Shown here: positions 26,483 to 38,600 of the stretch, piece after piece | Layout: each line of letters starts with the position of its first letter | How positions within the stretch are numbered: position 1 is the stretch's first letter | From: Chthoniobacteraceae bacterium | GTDB taxonomy: Bacteria; Verrucomicrobiota; Verrucomicrobiia; Chthoniobacterales; Chthoniobacteraceae | DNA length: 64,000 nt | NCBI GenBank assembly: GCA_040081625.1 | Contig: JBEBGD010000018.1 | Span: 1-64,000, forward strand | Direction of reading: 5' to 3' | Notes under the pieces: model-generated | Databases searched by the model: none | What the model was told of the DNA's origin: nothing | Seen by the model: the letters and a program-made list of their open reading frames with translations, nothing else | Translations under genes and position numbers: made by a program

Positions 26483-26681
26483 CGCCGCACTCCGGCCGCG
26501 GTAACGTGTGAAGGCGGTGGTAAGGAACGCGAGGGATGGCGAAGATGCGCTTCGCGGAGAGGGCGCTTCCGGCGACGCCTTGAACCAATGGCTCCCGCAA
26601 AAAGTGGGAACGTAAAATCAGCTTCCTAACCGCATCGGAGTGACGCCCAGCACCACCCAACTTGTGACGGTCGGAGAACGA

Positions 26682-29600
26682 TCAGCGGTGACGGCGACGG
26701 CCGAGCAGAAGCAACCCGGCAAGCGACAGCATTCCACAGCCTGGCTCGGGCACGACGACGAGCGCGCCCGCGCTGGCGAACAGACTCGTGTCCCAACGCC
26801 AGATGGCATTTGCGAGGATGGGAAGATCGAGGTCGGTGCCGAGCTCGCTGCCGTCCTGGAACCGGGCACCGAAAGTGAACGCGTTGCTATTCAGGGTGGA
26901 CCAGTCGCCCACATTGAAGACTTCGCCGAGCGATGGCTGAAAGCCGGCAAGGTATTGCACCACAATGCGGCCGTTTGCGTTGATCGTGAAGGTGCCGCCG
27001 ATCCGCAGATAGTCGTGGCCCGCGAGATTTCCGGCGGCGCCGTTCAACCCGGGTTCGGTGCCCGAGAGGCTATCGACGAAATCTTCCATGCGGCCGCTCG
27101 TGAAACCGAGAGCCGCGAGAGTCGTGGTGGCGCCGTTGAGTTGCAGGGTCAGGCGCGTGGTCGGCTCTGCCGGTGAGGTGCCGGTGATTCCGCCGTCGAG
27201 CGTGAGATCGTCGTTGGCATAGATGTGGCCGATGAGATTGCCGGCCGTGGAGGGTGCATCTGGATCGGTGCTCGCTCCGGGCGACAGGTGGCCGACGAGC
27301 GAGACTTCGCCGATGTGGTCCGTGACGGCGAACGCACCGGCGATCCGCGCGGCATTGACGACGGTCGCGAACGTGGTGCCGGCGGGATCGACCCCGCCAC
27401 CGCTCACGGCGCCGTCGAAGCTGTAGCCGCCGAGTTTTGCCGACACATCGAAAGTCGCGCCGGGGCCGACACTGATCCACCTGGAATCCTCGATGCTGCC
27501 GGTCAGTTCGAGCTTGATCGTGCCCTGGTCGATCGCGGTCGTGCCGCGAAAGGTGTTCCCATTCGCAAGCGTCAGCACAGCCGGGCCGGTCTTAGTCAGC
27601 GCCACGTTGTGCTGCACGATTCCGCTGTAGGTGAAGTCGGTGCTCACGCCGTTGCCGACCGTGAGTGTATTCGTGGTCGCGGCGCTGTTGGTGATGTAGC
27701 CGCTCGTCGCGCCGGGTGTCGCGGGGTTCGCGGAATTGGAGAGGCGACCGACGGTCTGGTTGTAGCCGTTCAGATCGAGCACGCCGTCGGCGTGAGTGCG
27801 GAGAGGGCCAGTCGGCGCGAGCGCATCGTTGCGCCCGAGCAGTAACTTCCCGCCCGTCACGATCGTGCCGCCGGTGTAGCTGCTGGCGCCGGAGAGGATG
27901 ACCGTGTCGTAGCCGACCTTCGTGAGGCTCCGCGCGCCGCCGGACTCCGCGATCGTGCCCTTGATGTCGAGGATCACGCCGGACCCGAAGCTTTCGTCGA
28001 GCGGGCGCAGGTCATTGCTCTGCTTGCCCATGTCGATGCCGTTCGCGCCTTCGTAGTAGCGCGAGCCGACGAATGAATCGCCCGCGAGCGTGACGCCGAT
28101 GCCCGTGCCGAGATTGCGGAAGACGCCGATGCCGCGGTTCGTTTCGGTGATGTCGTCCGCGCGCAGCCAGCCTTCGATCGAACCGCCCGCGATGATCACG
28201 TTTGCGGTGCCGTTCTGGTCGGCGGCGACTTGCAGCGTGCCGGGTCCGAGATTCACCGCGCCGCTGCGCGCGCCATTCACGCTCCAGCGCTCGACGGACG
28301 CTTCGTTGTAAGTCAGCGACGAGTTGGTCGGCGTGAAATTGGCGACGCCAATGTCGAGCACGCCGTAACGATTCACGCTGACGGCGCCGGTGCCGAGCGA
28401 GGCGTTGTGCGTCACATGCACGGCGCCCTGATCGATCGTGACGCTGCCCGTGAAGCTGGGGCTCGCGCCGCGAATGTATAGATAGCCGTCTCCCCACTTC
28501 GTGAAGTTGCCGCTGCCGTTCAGCGACGCGAGCGACACGCCGGAACTCGTGCCGGTGGTGAGGTTCGCGTTGTTCAGCGTGTAGGCGAAGAACACGCTGC
28601 GATCGGCGGTCGCGTCCACGTTGACGATCGCGTTGTGCGTGAGCGTGAGCGGCCCCGCGGCGAGGATCGAGCGGTCCCGGTTGTTCGCGAAGCGGAGCTG
28701 CGCATCGACTGGCCCATTGCCGCCCGCCTGCTGGATCTCGATGCCGGCGATCGTGTGAACGCGATCACTTGCGCCGGGATCCCAATCGATCACGGCGTTG
28801 TCCACGATGACGATCCGGCCCGACGTGTAGCTGTAGTTCAGCAGCGTGTCGGCGGGTTGCGCGCGCAGGTTGAGTTGCGCGGCGCCGAGTTGGCTGCCGT
28901 TGAGTGTGATCGTGTTGGCCACCACCGCATTCCCGGCGGAGCCGAAGGTCGCGAGCTGCAGCGTCCCTTCGTTCACCACCCAGCCTCCGCCGTAGCCCTG
29001 AAGCAAGCCGCGCGCAGCGTCGCTCTGGTCATTGGTGATGACGAGTGTGTTCGCGCCGAACTTCGTCACGCCGTTTGCGCTGATGTTTCCCGTGATCGTG
29101 AGATTGCCGCCGACCGTGTTGATCAGCGCTTCATTCCCGCCCGATGCGCCGAACTTCAGATTCGGATGAATCGTCGCCGCGCCGCTCGTGATGATTCCGC
29201 CGATGTCGCTGCCACTGCCGGTGAAAGTGATCGTGCTGTCATTGCTCGCGCCGGTGATGCTGTTGAGCGTGAACGCGCCGATCCGTATCGCGAAGACGGC
29301 GGGCTCATCGACCAACGTCGTGGTCGCCTGCACATTGACGATCGCGGTGGCGGGAAGTGCCGCGGCGTAGCTGGTCATCGCGCCATCCGCGACCGGGGCG
29401 AAACCGTCCGCGCCATACGTCGCGAAACGGTTCTCGACCTGCACGCCGTAGTAGCCGGGCAGCATGTTGGTGCCGCTCACGTTCGTCGGCGCGGCGCCGG
29501 AGACGACGACGCGTTCGCTGTTCGCCGCCGGCGCGATGCCAAGACGATTCACCGCGGACGGGACGAAGGTCAGCGTGCCCTTGTCGGTCCGCGTCACGCC

Positions 29601-32600
29601 CGGCGTCGTGAGAGTGATCTCCGCGGTGTTCTGCGTGACGGCCTGGATGCGCGATCCGCGCTCGAACGAAACCGGGCCGACGCTCTCCGAACCGACGACG
29701 CCAGCGGTGTTCGGCGTTTGCAGCGTGAGCAGCGATCCGTTCAGCTCGATCGGCGTGCCGTCGTGCCAGCGGTCCGACGCTGCGCCGGAAGCATTCGTAT
29801 CCTGAAAGCGCAGCTCGGATCCCGGATGCAGGACAAGATTTGTGTAGGCACTGGCCGTGTTTCCCGCGTCCACGAAGCTGCCGTTCGCTCCTTCCGCGCG
29901 CAGAATTCCGTAGGTATGGATCGCCGACGCACCGGGCGCACCGAGCGGCCCGGCGGTCGAGGTCGAGTTCTGGTCAAAGCGCATGCTGCTGCCGCGCACG
30001 ACCGTGGTGGTGCCGGTGTAGGTGTTTTGATCCTGCAGCAGCACGAAGCCGATTCCCCAACTGGCCTGCGGCCCGAGGTTCGCGAGCGAGCCGATGCGCA
30101 CGTCGGTCGGTCCCGCGACGTCGGTGAGGTTGCCCGTGCCTGAGAGATTCAAGATCAGCGTGTTCGAGTTCCGCCCGCCGAGTCGGTGAACGCGATTCGT
30201 TCCCCCGGGTTCGGGGAGACCCGGTTCGAGCGTCGCCGCGTTGTAAGTGCGATCCGCCTCGACACTCGTGAGAACCATCCGCCCGCCGCCAATGCTGCTC
30301 ATGTCGAGCGCGTTCGATTCCGTGCCGAGCAGTGAGAGCAGCCCGCTCGAAGTGGGAGTGAGGAGCGCCTGATACTCCGCCTGCGTGAGGGCCGGCGTGC
30401 GAAAGACAGCGACCGCATACGGAGTGCTGACGAGATGCACGCGCTGGCCGGCCCCGGTGTTGATGTTGGCGCTCGCTTCGAGCCGGATCTCCGCGTCGGG
30501 ATTGATCGTGAGCTGCCCCGACCCGAGTTGCGCCGTGGTGCTTCCGCCGCGCGGCGAGCCGAAGCGGAGCATGCCGGCGTTGATGTATGCGCCGCCCGCG
30601 AGCGTGCTCGTGTTCGCACCGATCCACAGCACGCCCGTGTTGATCTTGTTGATGAACAATCCCGCGCCGCCGTCGCTGACCGCGCCCGATAAAACGGTGT
30701 CCACGCTGTTATTGAGGAAGAGATTCCCGAGCAGCGTCGTCGCACCCGCGACTTCGAGGCTGTAGGCGTTCCCGCCGGTCACCGTGAGGAGCTGCGAGCC
30801 GATCGTCAGATTGTTGAGCGCGATTTGCTTCGTCGTGCCCGCTGCGACCAGGCCCGTGCGATCCACGTTGATCGTCGCCGAGCCTCCGACGACGAGATCG
30901 AAGCCGTTGCCCGTGGCGCTGAAGAACGTCCGCTCCGCGTTCGTGTCCGGCGCACCGCCGCCGTCATTGTCCACGCGGAGATCGAGCGAGCCCGCCATCA
31001 GCGTCACCACGCCGGTGCCGAGGCTGCCCGCGGTCAGATTCGTGGACGCTCCCGCCGCCACGTTGGTTGCCTTCGCGTAAATCCGCAGCGTTCCTCCCGC
31101 CACGATCGTTCCTCCGCTCCAGTCATTCAGCGTCGTCACGTTCTCGAGCAGCATCAGGTCGCTGCGCGTATCGATCGGGCCTTTCACCAGCGTGCCCGGA
31201 CCGGTGACGGTCGCGCCGACGAACAACTGTCGTCCCTGGCCGCTGAGTGCGTTGTCCACGACGAAGACAGACTTGCCGTTCAGCGTCACGAGATCGCTCG
31301 CGCTGTCGCCGAGCTGGAAGTCGAACGAGTTGGTTGTGGTGAACCGCGCAATCTGACCCGTCTCGAGGTTGTTTTGCCCGAAGCTAAAGTTCCCGCCAAT
31401 GATCGCGCGGCGATCGGTGATCGCGCCGCCCGCCCGGTCGGCGAAGAACTGCACGATCGGGTTGAAGTCGCCGATTGTGACGTTGGCGTTGAAGACCGCG
31501 CTGCCCGTGAGGTTGTCGTTTCCGCCCAGGAGATTGAGCTGCGTGTTCGCCCCGTTGAGGAAGATCGTGCCGCCATTCGTCCCGATGTTCACCGTCGGCG
31601 CCGTGATCGCAGCCGAAGGCGCGTAGCTCAACTGCAGGATGCCCTGGTTGACGTTGATGTTGCCCGCGAACGCCGACTGGTTCGACTGCATCACAAGCGT
31701 TCCTGCGCCGGATTTCGTGAGGCTCGTCGCGATGATCTGCCCGGACGTGGCGAAGTTCGCCGTGTCGCCGATCGTCGTCGTGCCGTTGTTGAATACGAGC
31801 GCTTCAACCGGAGTCGCGACGCTTCCGAAAACCAGCCCGGCGTTGATCGTGCGCGTTCCGTTTGAGATGAGGCCGCCGCTGCCGATGATCATCTGCGCGG
31901 TCGCGTCCGCTGCCGTGCCGAGGGTCAGATTGTTGTCGAGCCGGAGTGCGTGGACCGTCGCCGTGATGCCTGTGTTCAGCACGATGTCGGCATTGGAAAG
32001 CACGCGCTCGGTCGGGAGGCTCACCGCCGCGGCTTGCGTCCCGCCGAGGTTGCGTGTGAAGCCGGCGCGCACGAATCCCGTGTCCGCGTTGTAAGTCAGA
32101 AAGTCGATGTTGGTATTGGTCACCATCCACGGCGCGACCATCCCGTTCGTCACCGTCGGCGACGCGCCGGTGATGACGAGGCGCTCATCGCTGCCGAGCT
32201 GTTCGGAGGTGGTGTTGAAGGTCAGCGTGCCCGCGCCGGCGCGATTGATCGAGGATGTGCGCAGCTCGGTCCCGCGCCCGATCACGCCGCGCACGATCTC
32301 GAGAAACGATCCGCCTTGCACCGTGAGCGCGCCGATCGTCTCTGATGTCTCGACCGCCGCGTTGCCCTGCATGCGCAGCGTCGCGCTGTCGAGCGTGAGG
32401 TCGGTCGAGTCCTGCCAGCGGCCGGCCGCCGCGCTGACCGGCAGCACGCCGGCGGCGGTGTTGTCGAAGCGCAGCGTCGCGCCGGGCCGCAGCGCGACGG
32501 GGATATTCGAGCCACCCGCGAGCAGCGTGCCACCCTCGCCGGCGATGTTCAGGCCTCCGTAGATCTCGATGGCTGAGGTCGCGAGTGCGCCGCGGACATC

Positions 32601-35600
32601 GAGCGTGCTCGCGCGATTGATCAGGGTCGTGCCGGTGTAGTTCTGGCTCGCGAGTAGCACGACGTTGCCGGAGCCGAAGGCCATCACGCCGTTGTTTTGG
32701 ATCGAGAGTGGCGCCCCGATCACGACGCTGTTCGCGCGACTCGTATCGGTCAGCACGTTCGCGACTCCATTCGATCCGACGAAGATCGTCGATCCTCCCG
32801 CGCCGAGTCGGTAGGTGTTGTTGAAGCCCGCGCCGAGCGTCGCCGCGTCGTAGGAGCCGTTGGCGCCGACGCCATTCGTGCTCGAGCCGAGGAACCACGT
32901 GCCGTCGCCGATCGTGCGAAGATCGAGCGCCTTTGTGTAGATCGTATTCAGCGCGAGCGCGCCCGTCGCCGGGTTGGTGCTCGTGAGGTAGTAGTTGCTC
33001 GCCGCGGCCGGCGCGCCGCCGAGGCCCGCAGCCCGGAAGCCGAGTTGATCGAGGCTCAGGTCCGCCGCGAGTCGCAGCATCCCGAAGTCGTTCAGATTTC
33101 CGCCGACATGGATGCGCTGCCCGGCCTGGAGATTGCCCGCCGAGTTGATCTGCAGCGCCGCCGCCGAGTTCACGATCACGGGTCCGGTGCCGAGCTTTGC
33201 CGTGTCGCTGAGCGTGAGTTGATTGCCCTCGAAGCTGCCGAGGAAGGTCGTGCCTCCGACGCCAAGGATGGTCCCGCCCTCCCAGCCCGACGTGTTGTCG
33301 GCGTTGATGAAAAGATTCGTGCCAGCGCGCTTCGCGAAGGTCCCGCTGCCGCTGATTACGCCGTTGAGCGTCGTGGGCACGTCGTTCTGGAGATAAAGGT
33401 CGCGCGTGAAGGTCGTCGTGCCGTTGAACCAAAGGCTGTCGCCGTTTCCGCCGGTCGTGAAGACGTAGGGCGTGCCGAGCGCGCCGCCGACTTCGAGACT
33501 ATTGAGCACCACGGTCTTGTTGCTGTTGTTCGCCAGGATGCGATCGACCTGCACCCGCGACGCGCCACTCGATACGAACACGTCACTGCTGATCGGAAGC
33601 ATCGAGCCGTAGCGGATAGTCGTGTTCTGGAAAACGGTCACGCGCTCGGACAACGTCGTGCCGTTGCCATCAACGTGCAGAAACAGACCGTAGGCGGTCG
33701 AACCGCCGTTGATTTCGACCAGCGTGTTGCTCCCGAGCGGATTCGCCGCGCCGTCCGCGACGCGCGGATTGAGCAATCCGCCATACACCTTCCACAGCGC
33801 GACGGCGCTCTGCTCCGCGCCGCCTTCGGTGTGCGTGAGCACGAGGTCGTTCGCCCCGATCTTCGTGATCGCCTTCCCGCTGGCATTGACGCGTCCGCCG
33901 AGGAACAGCCGCCCGCTCGCAGTTCGCACGACGGTGTCCGGCAGGCTGAAGGTCGTCGCGCCCTTCACGAAAAGCAGACCGAGATTTGCGCCGCCGCCGA
34001 TCGTGAGAATCGGCGCGTCGATGGTCAGCGAGTGGATGCCGGTGTTGCTCACGAGCGTCGCGGTGTTCGACGAGTTGATGTTGATCGTGCTCGACGTATT
34101 CGCGGGCAGGGGAGTGCCGTTTGTGAATCCCGACGCGGCGATCACGAAGTCGTAGCCGTTGCCGGGGCCGAAGGTGTTGAAGTCGATGCCGTCCTCCACT
34201 TCGGCGTGCGCGACGTTGTTGTTGATCGCGAGCGTTCCGCCCGCCAGCGAGACCGTGCCGCCCCCGAGCGCGAAGATGCTCCTCACATCGATGCCGCCGA
34301 GCGCGACAGGTGCGCCCTGCGAGTTTGTCACGCGGCCGGCTTGAACGCTCACTCCGCCCGCAAACGTGCTGAAGCCGCCGAGGGTGAGCGTGCCGTTGGC
34401 GGTCTTGGTGAGAGCGATGGTGCCAGCACCGTCGGTGATCGCGCCGTTGAAAATCGTGTCCACGCCGAAGCCGTTCGTTGAAGTGAGTGTCACTGCACCG
34501 GCGACGCTGCTCGTGATCGTGCCATTCCCCGCGAGCCCGGCGATCGAGAGGCTCAATCCATTCAGATCGAACACACCCGACTCGTTCACGCTGAGCGTGA
34601 AGAGGCCCGCTTCGTTCCCGCGATGCCCGTTTTGAAACAACGCGCCGGGACTCGCAAAACTCAGTGTCCCTTCCTGCACGCTGAGCACCGGCAGCCGCGC
34701 GGTCGTGGCGGCGAGCACGTTCGTCGCGCCACTGATCATCAGCGAGCCGGGGCCGAACTTCGTGAAGTCGCGCGCCGAGAGATCGCCGGAGAGGACTGAT
34801 GCGCCGCTCTGTCCGTCGCGAACATACACGAGCGCTTCCGTGAGGCTGCTGCCGCTCGTCCCGAATAGCACGTTCGCACCGATGTTCGGAGCGGTGCTGC
34901 CATTCACGATAAGCCCGCCGTTGAGGACGCGGATCAGCGTGGACCCATCGGTCGGCGTGATGCTCGCCGCCGTGCGCAGATTCAGAATGTCGATGATTCC
35001 CGCGCCCGCGATATCGACGCTCACGATATCGCCGACGTTCGCCGGTGCGGACGCCGCGAGCGTGCCGACGGTCGCCACGTTGTGGAGCGTGAATCCGTTC
35101 GTGGAGTCGTAGCGCACGAAGTTCGCATCCTGCCCGATTCCCGGCGCCGCCGTGACGATGGATGGCACGGTGATGATGCTGCCGCCCGCTCCCGCAGGCT
35201 GCGCGGCTGCGTTCGTGATCAGGAGTCGCTCCGTGTTTCCGAGATTCACCGGGGTGTTCGGCTGAACGACCATCGTGCCGAAACTCACGCCGTTGAAGGT
35301 GCCCGCGCGCTGGAATGCGGTCGCCGCCGCCTCGCTTGCGGTGAGCGTCGAACTCGTCGCACCCGCACTCAATCCAACGCGAGCCGCTGCCCCATAAACG
35401 AGACGCGGAACGTTGAGCGCCTGCGCGGTGCCTCCCCCGATGAGCGAGAGCGTGCCGCTGTGAATCGTGACCGTGCCGGTGGCGCCGGCAACGAATGGCG
35501 TGCCTGTGGTGGCCGTCGTGGAAACGGTTCCGCCTGTGTGGCTGAAGCGTCCAGCACCCGCGATCTGTTGCGCCGGCCCGCCCATCGTGATCGCGGTCTG

Positions 35601-38600
35601 CGTGTTCGCCGGATTCTCGAGAGCGAGCGCTCCATCGCCGGTCTTCGTGATCGCGAATGCACCCGCGGTCCGCGTGCTCAGGGTCAGCGTCTGCCCGCTG
35701 GCGACATCGATGCCGCTGTTTGCCGTGAGGATGATCTGACGCGCGGTGGTGAAGCCGGTCGCGATCGAAAGCGTGCCGCCACGCAGGCGCACATCCGCAG
35801 GTCCGAGGAGATGCGGCCCTGCCGCCGCGAGCGACGCAGTGCTCCCGAGCGCGGCATCCGCATTCACGCGGAGGATTCCCGCATCGACAAAGAACGCCGC
35901 GCCGTAGTTGCCGTCCGTGGTGAGCAGGTTGGCATTCGCATTCGCGCCGGTGAGCACGAGCGTGCCGACCCCGTTCTTCACGATGTTGCCGCCCTGCACG
36001 CCGGTGTTCGTGAAGTTGCCGCTGAACTCAATCGGCTGCCGCGGATTCTGCACCGCAAAGGTGCGCGTCCGGAGCGTGCCGTTGGAGTTGATGTTGAGAT
36101 CGCGGGTGAAGGCGAGCGCTTCTCGTCCGGCAAAGGTGAGCGTCGTGTTCGCGGCCGTGCTCAGCGCGCCGAGCGCGTTCACGATGGTGCGCGCTCCGTC
36201 GATCGCCGCGATCGCGCCGCCGCGATTGGTTTCGCCGGCGCCGAACGTAAACGTGCCGACGCCGAGCGGTCCGCCGAGGATCGTCGGGTTGTTTGCCGGG
36301 CCGGCGAAGTAGGTGTCGGTGCCGGTCAGCAGACGCGCGCTGTTGAGCGTCACGCCGCCGGAGAAGGTGTTGGTGCCGTAGCCATTCGCGCCTGCCGAGA
36401 GCAGCACGGTGCCGCCGTTCGCGGGCGCCACGGCTGTCGTTCCCACGAGCAGCGAACCGGCTCCGCTGATCACTCCCTGAACGTCGAGCGAGCCGCCGCG
36501 GAAACCGACCACGTCCGCCGCCGCAGCGCCGACCGTGAGGATGCCGCCGGTGATGAGCGAGATGCCACCTGTGACGACTGCGCGCTCGTTCGTGCGAGCG
36601 TCGATCACCGCGGAACCCGTGCCCGTGGCCTGTCCGAGGATGATGTCGCGTCCGAAGGAAAATTTGCCGCCGATGCCGATGCCGCCGGCGAGATTTGCCG
36701 CGCCACTGGCGAGGACGACTGGCGAGTCGCTCACGCCCAAAGGTCCGCTCACGCTGGGCGCCACATTGCCGGACGCAATGATCAAGCCCTGGTTGATCTG
36801 CGTGTAGCCTTGGAACGTGTTATCGCCGGCGAAGACGACGTTTTGCGCGCCGCTCTTGATGAGGTTGCTCCCGTCCGCGCCGCTGATGACGCCATACACG
36901 CCCATCGTGCCGGTGCCGGCGAGGCTCCAGATCCGGGTCGCGCCCGCAGAGCCCTCGTGCATCGTGACGGTGCCTTTGATCACGAAGTCGTTCCCGTTGC
37001 TTGTGCTGAAATCGCCGGTGAGCAGCACGGCGTTGTCGATCGTGATGCTCTGCACCGTGTCGTAGCGCAGGTTGCCGCCGTTGAGCACGAGCCGCCCGCT
37101 GCCGAGCGCGAAGTTGTTGCCGAGGTTGAGCGTCGAGTTCGTGTTCACGCGCACGTCGCCGACGAGGCCCGTATTGCGCGTGAGGAAAGTCATGCCGACT
37201 CCCGCACTGTTCCCGTTCACGAAGGACGGTCCGTTCGCGAAGAGATCCGCGGTGAGCGCGCCGACTTCGACGCGCGTCGCGTTCGCCGAGCCGCCGGTGA
37301 AGACATTCTCGAACAACGCCGTGCGCGCGGTGCTGACGAGCACTCCACCAAACTCGACGGCGTTCTGATTGCCGCCCGCGCCGAGTTGATACCGGCCGTT
37401 CGCGTTCGGCCCGAGCGCCGGGTTGAAATAGAATGCTTCCGCTTGTGTCGAGTTGCCGAGCCACCAGTCGCCATTGCCGATCGCGGCGAGATCCAGCGGC
37501 CGGCTGTAGAAGCCGTAGTCGAGCGTGAGGGCGCCCCCGAACGGGCCGTTGCTGTCGATCCTGACCTGTCCCGCGCCTGGCGAGCCGCTCGTGATGATCG
37601 CGGGCAGCGGCCCGTTGTGCGCGAGGCCGATTCCCGCGAGGCCGATGCCGTCGGATTTCAACGTCACCGCATTGCCCGCGATGTTCGCGTTATCCGCGAG
37701 CCGCAGATTCCCGCCGGGATTCACGGTGATGCTCCCGCTGCCGAACGGCGTGCCCTCACCGCGCAACGCCGACGCGACGACGCTGGTCGCGGTGGCGTTC
37801 ACGGTGCCGTTGATGATCGTGCCGCCGGAGTAGTTGTTCGCGGCGTTGAGCAGCGTGAGCGCGCCGTTGCCGAATTTCTCCAGCACGCCGCCCGCGCCCG
37901 TGACCTGCCCCGCGAGCGTGGATTGCGAGAGGCCGTTGAAGGTCGAGTTGATGCGCGCCTGCGGGATGAGCGTCGTGGTGCCATCGACCCATATGCCGCT
38001 TTGCAGCGCGAGCGCGATCACGCCATTGCCATTCATCGCCACGGCGCCGCCGGCGTTTTCAAATGTCAGGTTTCCGATGCGCACGTAGTTCGCCTGCCCG
38101 TTGTTGCCGAGCGTTGCGTCGCCGCGCACGAAGACATTGCTGCCGAGCACTGCGGTGGCGCGCACGGTCGATGCGATCTCACTCGCGGTGCCGGTGTCGT
38201 TGGCGATGAAGCCGTCGAGTTGCAGCAAGCCGGCATTGAGGACGATGTCGCGACCGTTCAAGACGGTGCCGACCGCCGACCCCGAGCCTGAGAAGGGGAC
38301 GCGGGCGAGCAGCGTGCCTTGATTCACCGTCACCACGCCGCCGAGGCCCGGATTGATCGAGCGCACTTCGAACTGGCTCAACCCGAACTTCGTGAGCCCG
38401 CCCGGCGCGTTCATCTGCGCCTGCATGACCATGTTGCCCGCGTTGTAGATGATTGCCTCGCCTCCGAAGTTGATCGTCATCGGGCTTACGACTCCCGCAG
38501 TGATCGCGCCTGTCGGATTGATCGACGGCGTGCCGGTGTTGATGAAGCCGCCGCTCGTGATCGTGAGCGTGTTGTTCGTCGCGGTCGGGCTGATGTTCTG

